Positions 45,166-52,785 of a DNA stretch of 64,000 bases are shown piece by piece. Source of the DNA: PVC group bacterium. Its GTDB lineage: Bacteria > Verrucomicrobiota > Kiritimatiellia > PWTM01. The stretch lies in the NCBI GenBank assembly GCA_003563855.1, contig PWTM01000309.1, forward strand, positions 18,385 to 82,384, in the 5' to 3' direction. A program made the translations under genes and the position numbers. Under the pieces are notes generated by a model that was not told the DNA's origin, ran no database searches, and saw nothing but the letters and a program-made list of their open reading frames with translations. Position 1 is the first letter of the stretch. Every line of letters starts with the position of its first letter.

Positions 45166-46430
45166 GGGCCGCCCTCCACCGCCCGGCCCGCCCACGCCCG
45201 ACGCGGCCTGCGGGCCGGGCGGTAGGTGCCGTCGGCGACTTCCTTGCCGATGACCTTCATGAAAAGGCGCCCCATCTTCACTTCCTTCGTCAGGTCGCGG
45301 TAGAAGGCGCTCCAGGCGTACTCGTACATCTCCTGGAGCTTTTCGGGGCTCATCTGCGCGGGCTGGAAGACCACCGTGTCGCCCGTGTACTCGATCCAGC
45401 GGTTGTGCAGGATGCGGCCCTGCGCCTCGAGCTGCGCGCGGATCGGCGTGTGCGGGAACGGCGTGAGCACCGTGAACTCCGCGAGGTCGAGCTCGATCTC
45501 GAGGAGGAAGTCCACGAGCCGCCGGATGCCGTCCTCGTCGTGGTCGTCGGTGCCGAGAATGATCGTGCCCTCCACGCCGATCCCGTGGTCCTTGAGGCGG
45601 CGGATGCGGCGGCGGATGTAATCGGACGTGTCGACGATCGCCTGGTAGACATACCAGCAGCCGGCCTTCGCCGCGAGGTCGAGGATTTCGTCGTCGTCCT
45701 TGATCGGGTGCGAGACCCACTTCTTCTTCAGCGGCGCCAGCGCACGGAACAGGTCCTTCTCCCAGGCGTCGTCCTGGGCCAGCGAGTTGTCGACGAAGAA
45801 GAGTCGGTTGTTGTCGATGCCCGCCACTTCCTCGACCACCCGGTCAATCGGCCGCGGGCGGAATCGGCGCCCGCCGAGAAACGGCGTGCAGCAGGGGAAG
45901 CAGTTGAACCGGCAGCCGCGCGAGGCGTGCACGAGGTCCACCATCTGCAGCCCACGGAAGGCGTACCGGTCGCGCTCCAGGATGCCCCGGCGCGCGGTCC
46001 CGATGAGGGCCGCGTCGGGGAAGTCGGTCAGGTAGTCGTAGCGCGGCCGCAGCCGGCCGGCGCGGAAGTCCTCGAGCACGCCCTCGAACCGGCCTTCCGC
46101 CTCGCCCAGGAAGACGGCGTCGGCATGGCGCGCGGCCTCGTCGGCATGGAGCATCGTGCCGATACCGCCGAGGATCACAGGCACGCCGCGCGCGCGGTAG
46201 CCGTCGGCGATCTCGAAGGCCCGCGGCATCTGGCAGGTAAGCATGACGGAGAGCGCGACCAGGTCGGGCGTGTCCTCGAGGTCGAGCGGCTGCACGTTCT
46301 CGTCGCAGAACGTCAGCCCGACGCCGTCCGGCACCGTCGCCGCGAAACAGACGGGGCCGTGCGGCGGAAGGTGAAACTCCGGCTGGTTCTTGAGCTTCGG
46401 CCAACGGGGATAGACCAGCTTCAGGTGCAT
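45162..46430 (-). CDS. class-B (B12-binding domain) radical SAM enzyme, copy 2
   Basis: MHLKLVYPRWPKL...DLVALSVMLTCQ is a B12-binding region. ASRGCRFNCFPCCTPF is a CxxxCxxC triad. ATG 46430 with an AGGAGG RBS. Confidence 0.8.
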   Translation of the reverse strand: MHLKLVYPRWPKLKNQPEFHLPPHGPVCFAATVPDGVGLTFCDENVQPLDLEDTPDLVALSVMLTCQMPRAFEIADGYRARGVPVILGGIGTMLHADEAARHADAVFLGEAEGRFEGVLEDFRAGRLRPRYDYLTDFPDAALIGTARRGILERDRYAFRGLQMVDLVHASRGCRFNCFPCCTPFLGGRRFRPRPIDRVVEEVAGIDNNRLFFVDNSLAQDDAWEKDLFRALAPLKKKWVSHPIKDDDEILDLAAKAGCWYVYQAIVDTSDYIRRRIRRLKDHGIGVEGTIILGTDDHDEDGIRRLVDFLLEIELDLAEFTVLTPFPHTPIRAQLEAQGRILHNRWIEYTGDTVVFQPAQMSPEKLQEMYEYAWSAFYRDLTKEVKMGRLFMKVIGKEVADGTYRPARRPRRAWAGRAVEGGP

Positions 46431-47122
46431 GCGGCCCCTCCTTCCGGTGCGGCGCGGCCGAGCGCGCGGGCGGCGGCCCGCGGCGCGCGGCTTCGACCGA
46501 TCCGTTTGATCGCCGTCTCGAGCGGCCAGCCGTCCGAACCCGCGCCCGGCCCGACCAGGAACGCGAGCGCGCCGCGCGCGTCGAAATCCACGGCGAGCAG
46601 CGCCTCGGCCGCGTCGCAGGCGATCAGTTCTCCCGCCATCCGCAGCAGTTCGGCCGGCCGCGGCGCCGGGAGCCCGGCGAAGAGCAGCGGACCGCGCAGC
46701 CCGCAGTGGATCGAAGCTTCGGCCAGCGGGCTGCTCGGAAGCGTATAGACGAAAAGGTTGCCCCGCGCCAGCGTGCGGCCGGCCGCGACGTAGTCCTCGA
46801 AGTAGGCGCGGTTCGCCCGCAGGCTGCCGTCCGGGCCGGTTCCGAGCAGCCCGATGCCAAGGGTCCCGCCTTCGGCGTAGTCGAACCCCGCATCGCGCAG
46901 CGCCAGGGCGCAGGCCGCGCAGACGCGGCGCGCGTCCCCGTCCATCCGGCCGTAGTTGCGGACCGGGTAGGCGAACGGCCCGCCGTGCGCCCGGGTGGCG
47001 CCGGCTCCCTCGCCCGCCGCGGGCGGCGGCGACGCGCGCAGACCCCGGCGCGCGCCCCCTGCGCGCGCCGGCTCGACCCAGCCGGCGCCCCGCACCACGA
47101 GCTGGCATCCGGCCCCGCTCAT
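46421..47122 (-). CDS. beta-ketoacyl-synthase-like N-terminal-domain protein lacking the active-site Cys (chain-length-factor-like partner)
   Basis: NLFVYTLPSSPLAEASIHCGLRGPLLFAGL aligns to the FabF region just upstream of the catalytic Cys, but the Cys is absent. ATGA overlap with the KS stop. Confidence 0.55.
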   Translation of the reverse strand: MSGAGCQLVVRGAGWVEPARAGGARRGLRASPPPAAGEGAGATRAHGGPFAYPVRNYGRMDGDARRVCAACALALRDAGFDYAEGGTLGIGLLGTGPDGSLRANRAYFEDYVAAGRTLARGNLFVYTLPSSPLAEASIHCGLRGPLLFAGLPAPRPAELLRMAGELIACDAAEALLAVDFDARGALAFLVGPGAGSDGWPLETAIKRIGRSRAPRAAARALGRAAPEGGAACT

Positions 47123-48237
47123 GGCCCGAGCACCAGCGCGGCGTTCACGCCGCCGAATCCCGAGTTCGTGGACAGCGCCAGCCGACCGGGCGGGAGCGGC
47201 ACGGGCTCCGGCGCAACCCAGCCCGCCGCCTCGGGCGCCGCGGTCCGCAGCCCGGCCGTAGCCGGCGCGACACCCGCCTTCATCGCGGTCAGCGCCACCG
47301 CCGCCTCAACCAGGCCGGCCGCCCCCATCGTGTGGCCGATCGCGCCCTTGACCGAGTAGACGGGCGCGGGGCGCGCGAAGACCCGGCCGAAGGCGCGCAT
47401 CTCCATGGCATCGTTGTACGGCGTGCCCGTCCCGTGCGCGCAGATCGAGCCGACCGCCTCCGGCCCCGCCGACGCCCGGCGCAGCGCCGCCTCGATCGCG
47501 CACGCCAGTCCGTCGCCGTCGCGCGACGGACCGGTCATGTGGTTGGCATCCGACGCAAGGCCCCACCCCGCCACCGTGCCGAGACGCGGGCGGCCCTCGC
47601 GTGCCGCCCGGTCCTCGCGCAGGAGGACCGCGACACCGGCCGCCTCCCCGACCGTGAGCCCGCGCCGGTCCCGGTCAAACGGTCGCGCGCCGTCCGGATC
47701 CAGCGCCATCAGGGCGGAGAACCCGGCGTGGACGAACTCGGTCACCGCGTCGCAGGCCACGACCACGACGGCCTCGCGCCGGCCGGTCTCGATCAGGCCC
47801 GCGCCCAGCGCGAGCGCGGTCGACGAGGAGGCGCAGGCAGCCGAGACGAGCCGCCCGGCGCGCACGCCGCAGAGCCGCTTCACCCGGGCCAGCAGCCGGT
47901 CCGGCCGGCTCGCCTCCGGGTCGCCTTGCCCGAGCAGCACGTGCCGTTCGAGCCGGTCGACCTCGCCCGCCGTCGTCGCCAGCAGCAGGAGCGCATCGGC
48001 CGGGATCGCCGGGCGCAGCCGCGCCAGGAGCGGACGCAGGAGCTGCATCGCCAGCGAATCGCGCGCGCGCGGGTTCAGCCCGGCCGCCGTCGCCGCCAGC
48101 CGCGAGGCGAGGTGGCCGGCCGGGAAGCGGGTCAGCTCGGAAAAAGCCCGCCGCCCGTCCCGGATGGCGGGCCAGGCTTCCGCGAGGCCCGCACCGCAGG
48201 CGGTCGCAGCGTCGAAGGCAACGACGACCGCCTTCAT
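47119..48237 (-). CDS. beta-ketoacyl-ACP synthase (FabF/FabB-like, full catalytic triad)
   Basis: MKAVVVAFDAATACGAG..., SAACASS (Cys), CAHGTGTPYND (His), VKGAIGHTMGAAG (His). Start ATG 48237. Confidence 0.8.
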   Translation of the reverse strand: MKAVVVAFDAATACGAGLAEAWPAIRDGRRAFSELTRFPAGHLASRLAATAAGLNPRARDSLAMQLLRPLLARLRPAIPADALLLLATTAGEVDRLERHVLLGQGDPEASRPDRLLARVKRLCGVRAGRLVSAACASSSTALALGAGLIETGRREAVVVVACDAVTEFVHAGFSALMALDPDGARPFDRDRRGLTVGEAAGVAVLLREDRAAREGRPRLGTVAGWGLASDANHMTGPSRDGDGLACAIEAALRRASAGPEAVGSICAHGTGTPYNDAMEMRAFGRVFARPAPVYSVKGAIGHTMGAAGLVEAAVALTAMKAGVAPATAGLRTAAPEAAGWVAPEPVPLPPGRLALSTNSGFGGVNAALVLGP

Positions 48238-48722
48238 GCCTGGAGCGCCGCGAATTCGCCGGCCCGCCAGCGTTTCCGGCACCGGGCCAGCAGCGGGGGC
48301 GGCGTGAGGCAGACCTCGCCGCTGGCGGCCGAGACCAGCAGTTGCACGGTCTGCCCGGCGGCCGTGGGCACGCCGTCCGCCGCGGTCAACGTGTATTCGA
48401 AATTGAGCCGCGCGCCCTCGCACCAGATCAGCGCGCAGCGAATCGTGAACGCCTCGTCGAGCCGAAGCGGCCGGAAATACTCGACGTGGTAGCGCACGAC
48501 CGGCGCCCGCAGTCCGGCCTCGTAGTAGTCCGCGTAGGACAGCCCGCAGCGGCGACCGAGCTCCGCCGCGCCTTCCTCGAAAAACACCGCGTAGCGCCCG
48601 AACCAGGCGATCCCCATCGGGTCCGCCTCGCCGAACCCGACGCGGCGCGGGAGTTCCACCGCCAGCGGGGCCGGGGCGCCCGGCTCGCGCGGGAAACGTG
48701 CGGAGCGCGCGCGCGGGCTCAC
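48234..48722 (-). CDS. 4HBT/YbgC-type hotdog acyl-(ACP/CoA) thioesterase
   Basis: LAVELPRRVGFGEADPMGIAWFGRYAVFFEEGAAELGRRCG...YHVEYFRPLRLDE. Proposed GTG start at 48722 overlaps the upstream TGA. Confidence 0.65.
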   Translation of the reverse strand: MSPRARSARFPREPGAPAPLAVELPRRVGFGEADPMGIAWFGRYAVFFEEGAAELGRRCGLSYADYYEAGLRAPVVRYHVEYFRPLRLDEAFTIRCALIWCEGARLNFEYTLTAADGVPTAAGQTVQLLVSAASGEVCLTPPPLLARCRKRWRAGEFAALQA

Positions 48723-49108
48723 GGAGCGGCGTCTCCGGCGGACGCGGACACCGCCAGGCGCAGGTCCGCCACGCGCTCCCCGGCGAGCGTCACGCGCACA
48801 CGAAGCGGGGTCGGCCCGGCGCCGTTCGGACCGGGCTCGACGGAGAAATCGAGGACCTCCCCGGCCGACACCGGCCGGTACCACTTCGCCGAGGCGATCT
48901 CCGAGAGTTCACCGGTCCCGCACCCGGCGGCTTCGGCGAGGATCAGCGCCGCACGGATCATGCAGACCCCGGGCAGCACGGGTTGCCCGTCGAAGTGGCC
49001 GCGGAACCCGACGAACCCGGACGGGAAGATGAACCGTCCGCGCACCGCGCCCCCTTCCCGCGCCGTTTCGCGCAGGCACGCCCTGATCTCGCCGTCGAGT
49101 CCGCTCAT
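48719..49108 (-). CDS. 3-hydroxyacyl-ACP dehydratase (FabZ/FabA-like hotdog)
   Basis: MSGLDGEIRACLRETAREGGAVRGRFIFPSGFVGFRGHFDGQPVLPGV... Only the last 129 codons of the 575-aa track ORF are real; the rest is antisense to creD. Confidence 0.7.
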   Translation of the reverse strand: MSGLDGEIRACLRETAREGGAVRGRFIFPSGFVGFRGHFDGQPVLPGVCMIRAALILAEAAGCGTGELSEIASAKWYRPVSAGEVLDFSVEPGPNGAGPTPLRVRVTLAGERVADLRLAVSASAGDAAP

Positions 49109-49330
49109 CGAATGCTGCCCCGCGTCCAGCGACCCTCGCCCTGCGCCGCGCGGGCAGCCACGGCGCCGGCCGGGACTCCCCGAGGCAAGTCGCCGGCGCA
49201 GGTAGGAACGCCGATTCAACATCGCAGAACGGCCCCGCGCTGTCAAACAGCGGCCATCGGGCCCCGATCGCGCGCGGGCTTGCGCGGCGGACGGCGGGCC
49301 TTGTAGTCTCGCGGGCGGAGGTACTTGCCG

Positions 49331-50788
49331 ATGAATGAGACCCCTGCCCAGCCGCCACCGGCCCAGCCGCCACCTGCCCAGCCGCCACCGGTTCCCCCCG
49401 TCAGCTCGGAAGCACGCGCGGCCGCCCGCTGGATTTCCGGCCGGCCGCGCCCGGTGCTGAAGCTCCTCACCATCGGCGGCCTCATCCTGGTCCTGCTGAT
49501 CCCCCTGCAGATGATCCGCGGAGTGCTGACCGAGCGACTCGTCCGCCGGAACGAGGCGGTCGCCGAAATCACGGGAACCTGGGGCGGCGACCAGACGGTG
49601 ATCGGGCCGGTGCTGATGGTGCCGTACCGGTACCCGGTCAAGACGGTGCGCGACCAGACCGTGGACGGGCGCGTCCAGCGGGTCGAGGTCGAGGAAATGG
49701 GCCTGGCGCAGGCCTTCTTCCTTCCGGACCGCGTCGAGATCGCCGGCGATCTCGACCCGCGCGTATTGCACCGCGGCATCTACCGGGCGGTCGTCTACCG
49801 CGGCCGGCTGACGATCGAAGGCGCCTTTGCACGGCCCTCGTTCGAGGACTGGCGGGTTCCGCCCGAGAACGTGCTCTGGGAGGACGCCGCCGTCGGGTTC
49901 GCGATCACGGACCTGCGCGGGGTCGAGGACGCGCTTCAGCTCGACTGGAACGGCCGCGCGGTGCCGCTCGAGCCCGGCAGCCTGGTCCCGGGCTTCAACG
50001 TCGGCGTGACGGCCCGGCTGCGCGAAACGGAGGCGCTGGAGGCCGACGATCTCCCGTTCGCGCTGACCCTGGCGCTCAACGGCAGCAACGGCATCCGGTT
50101 CGCGCCGGTCGGCGCGCGGAATACCGCGCGGTTGACCTCGTCCTGGCCGGACCCGAGCTTCCAGGGCCAGTTCCTGCCCGCCGACCGGACGGTTGGCCCG
50201 GAGGGCTTCGAGGCGCAGTGGGCGCTCTCCTATTACGGGCGCGCCTACCCGCAGCAGTGGACGGTGACGCCGGGCGCCGGCGCGCGCCCGCCGGCGCTGG
50301 GCTCGGCGCTCTTCGGCGTCGACCTCCGGATGCTGGTGGACCAGTACCGGAACGTCGAACGCGCGATCAAGTACGGGATTCTCTTCCTCGTGCTCGTCTT
50401 CACGGGGTTCTTCCTTTTCGAGACCCTCGGCGTGGCACGCGTCCACCCGTTCCAGTATGCGCTGGTGGGGGCGGCGTTGTGCCTCTTCTACCTCGCGTTG
50501 CTGTCCCTCTCGGAGTTCATCCGCTTCGGCGCCGCATACCTGGTCGGCGCCGCGGCGGCCACCGCGATGATCTCGCTCTATTGTGCGAGCGTCCTGCGCG
50601 GGGGCCGGCGCGCGGCGATCGTGGCGGTGGAACTGGCGGCGATTTACGGCTTCCTGTTCGTGCTCCTGCAGCTCCAGGACTACGCGCTGCTGATCGGGAC
50701 CGCGGGCCTCTTCGCCGCGCTCGGCGCCGTCATGTACCTGACGCGCAACGTGAACTGGTACGAGCAGCGGCCCGCGTCCGGCGGGTAG
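49331..50788 (+). CDS. creD: cell-envelope integrity inner-membrane protein CreD
   Basis: MNETPAQPPPAQ...TGTWGGDQTVIGPVLMVPYRY... plus multiple C-terminal TM segments. ATG 49331 with a GGAGGT RBS. Confidence 0.75.
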   Translation: MNETPAQPPPAQPPPAQPPPVPPVSSEARAAARWISGRPRPVLKLLTIGGLILVLLIPLQMIRGVLTERLVRRNEAVAEITGTWGGDQTVIGPVLMVPYRYPVKTVRDQTVDGRVQRVEVEEMGLAQAFFLPDRVEIAGDLDPRVLHRGIYRAVVYRGRLTIEGAFARPSFEDWRVPPENVLWEDAAVGFAITDLRGVEDALQLDWNGRAVPLEPGSLVPGFNVGVTARLRETEALEADDLPFALTLALNGSNGIRFAPVGARNTARLTSSWPDPSFQGQFLPADRTVGPEGFEAQWALSYYGRAYPQQWTVTPGAGARPPALGSALFGVDLRMLVDQYRNVERAIKYGILFLVLVFTGFFLFETLGVARVHPFQYALVGAALCLFYLALLSLSEFIRFGAAYLVGAAAATAMISLYCASVLRGGRRAAIVAVELAAIYGFLFVLLQLQDYALLIGTAGLFAALGAVMYLTRNVNWYEQRPASGG

Positions 50789-50822
50789 CGTCGGCCGTGG
50801 CGGCGCCGGTTGCGCGGCCGGG

Positions 50823-51728
50823 CTAGAGGTGTGTCATGAAGCTGACGCCGGCATCGACGACATAGACGCGGTGCCGTCCGCCGGGCCCGCCGTCCGGATC
50901 CGACGTGACCACGTAGCCCTCGCGCCGCAGCGTCTCCACCCAGGTTTCAATCAGGCGCCGCCGCCGCGGTTCGTCTTCGATCGCCTCGAGCTGCGCGCGC
51001 AGCTCCCGCGCCTGCGACATCAGCTCCCCGCGCCGCGCGTTCGCCTGGCTGCGCTCCTCCCGAATCCGGGCGCGCTCGGCCGCGATCTCCTCGCCCGTCA
51101 TCTCCCGTTGCGCGGTCCCGACGACCGCCGTCGTGGAGAACGCGTCCCCCCGCAGGACCAGGCGCCAGGTTCCATCCGGCCGCTCCGTCGCTTCGGCGAA
51201 GTGCCCCTCCCCGCGGAGCTCCTGCACGAACTGGTCGACGAGCGACGCCGCGCGCGCCCGGTTCGACCCCACGGCGTCGACGCGTTCGCGCAGCTCGGCG
51301 ACCCGCCGGCGGATCTCCGCGAACTGTGCCCGGCGCGCCCGCATGCGCTCCGCAAACGCGGCGCGTGGCGAAGGCGGCTCCTCCGCCGGAGGCGCGACCC
51401 CGCGCTCCGGCATGCCGTGCAGCGGAAGCACCGCCACCTCCCCGGCGTGGCGCAGGGTGGCCCGTTCCCGCTCGAAGTCGGCCCCCACCAGCTCGATGCC
51501 CCGAAGGGTCTCGCCGGAACGCAGAAAGAAGGCCTGGCCGGATTCCACGTCGAACAGGCCCACGCGCGACTCGAGGCCCACGGCGACGATCGAGGTCAGG
51601 CGCAGGTTCCGGGCAAACGCCGGCGGCTCGTCGTTCGCCGCAACGGTTGCAGCAGCGATCAGGAACCCGGCCGCCGCCGAGAACCGTCCCACGCGCCCTC
51701 TCCCCATCCGTACCCACGCAGTCCTCAT
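50823..51728 (-). CDS. hypothetical secreted coiled-coil protein
   Basis: MRTAWVRMGRGRVGRFSAAAGFLIAAATVAAN is signal-like; the central region is Arg/Glu-rich coiled coil. No family recognised. Confidence 0.4.
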   Translation of the reverse strand: MRTAWVRMGRGRVGRFSAAAGFLIAAATVAANDEPPAFARNLRLTSIVAVGLESRVGLFDVESGQAFFLRSGETLRGIELVGADFERERATLRHAGEVAVLPLHGMPERGVAPPAEEPPSPRAAFAERMRARRAQFAEIRRRVAELRERVDAVGSNRARAASLVDQFVQELRGEGHFAEATERPDGTWRLVLRGDAFSTTAVVGTAQREMTGEEIAAERARIREERSQANARRGELMSQARELRAQLEAIEDEPRRRRLIETWVETLRREGYVVTSDPDGGPGGRHRVYVVDAGVSFMTHL

Positions 51729-51864
51729 ACCCCACGTATCCCACGCCATCGAAGCCCCTGTCAAGCCGACAAGCCGACGCCTTGACGGCGGGCGGCGGGC
51801 AGGGCGAGACTCGGGCATCGCGGCCGATGCACGGGTACCGGCCGCCCAACCGGAGGGATGAACC

Positions 51865-52560
51865 GTGGCGCCCGACTTCACCCTGGCTGAGATCGCCGGC
51901 ATGATCGATCACTCGATGCTCGCGCCGACGATGACGATGGACGTTCTGGAGAAGGGCTGCGCGCTGGCCGCACGCGCGCAGGTGGCGAGCGTCTGCCTCA
52001 TGCCCTACTACCTGCGACGCTGCGCGGAACAGCTCAAGGGCACCCCGGTGCGCCCCACCACCACCATCGGGTTTCCCCACGGCGGGCAGGCGTCGGCGAC
52101 AAAGGCGGCCGAGACCCGCCAGGCGATCGACGACGGGGCGGCGGAGGTCGACATGGTGATCAACATCAGCCGCGCGTTGAGCGGCGACTGGGACGGCGTC
52201 CGGGAAGACATCGCCGCCGTGATCGAACCCGCGCACACCGCCGGCGTGAAGGTGAAGGTCATCTTCGAGACCTGCTACCTCGACCGCGCGCAGAAGATCC
52301 GGCTCTGCGAAATCTGCGGCGAGCTCGGCGCCGACTGGGTCAAGACCTCGACCGGGTTCGGCACGGGCGGCGCGACGCTGGAGGACCTCGAGCTGATGCG
52401 CGCACACGCCCCGCCGGCCGTCCAGGTCAAGGCCTCCGGCGGCATCCGCGACCTCGACACGATCCTGGCCATGCGCGCCCTCGGTGTCACCCGCGTCGGC
52501 TGCTCGCGCACGGCCGAGGTCCTCGACGAGTGCCGCCGCCGGCTTTCGCAGAAGACCTGA
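51865..52560 (+). CDS. deoC: deoxyribose-phosphate aldolase
   Basis: LAEIAGMIDHSMLAPTMTMDVLEKGCALAARAQVASVCLMPYY...VKTSTGF... GTG start with a GGAGGG RBS. Confidence 0.8.
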   Translation: MAPDFTLAEIAGMIDHSMLAPTMTMDVLEKGCALAARAQVASVCLMPYYLRRCAEQLKGTPVRPTTTIGFPHGGQASATKAAETRQAIDDGAAEVDMVINISRALSGDWDGVREDIAAVIEPAHTAGVKVKVIFETCYLDRAQKIRLCEICGELGADWVKTSTGFGTGGATLEDLELMRAHAPPAVQVKASGGIRDLDTILAMRALGVTRVGCSRTAEVLDECRRRLSQKT

Positions 52561-52584
52561 GCGGCGACGCGTCTCCGCTCTGCC

Positions 52585-52655
52585 CCGCCGCGTCGCGACA
52601 CGGCGGAAAGCGAAAGCGGCCTCGCGAGGCCGCACTCCAAAGGCGCGCGCGGCGC
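52585..52655. repeat. ~65-bp palindrome-containing repeat (core GCGGCCTCGCGAGGCCGC), copy 1
   Basis: ccgccgcgtcgcgacacggcggaaagcgaaagcggcctcgcgaggccgcactccaaaggcgcgc. Near-identical copy at 59904-59975. Confidence 0.8.
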
Positions 52656-52785
52656 GCGCCCGCCGATCTCGCGCCGCGCCGGCGCCTTGCCGCGCCTTGA
52701 AACGCGCGGGGCGCTCGCGTAGGGTGCGGAGGTCGCCGCGCCCGGGTTCGGGCCGGCGCGGCCCTGGTCGGGGCGGGAGGTCCGG

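Noticed and set aside
48719-50446. 575-aa minus-strand ORF
   Set aside because: Only the 3' 129 codons form the FabZ-like dehydratase. The 5' part is antisense to creD, which has clear TM segments on the plus strand.
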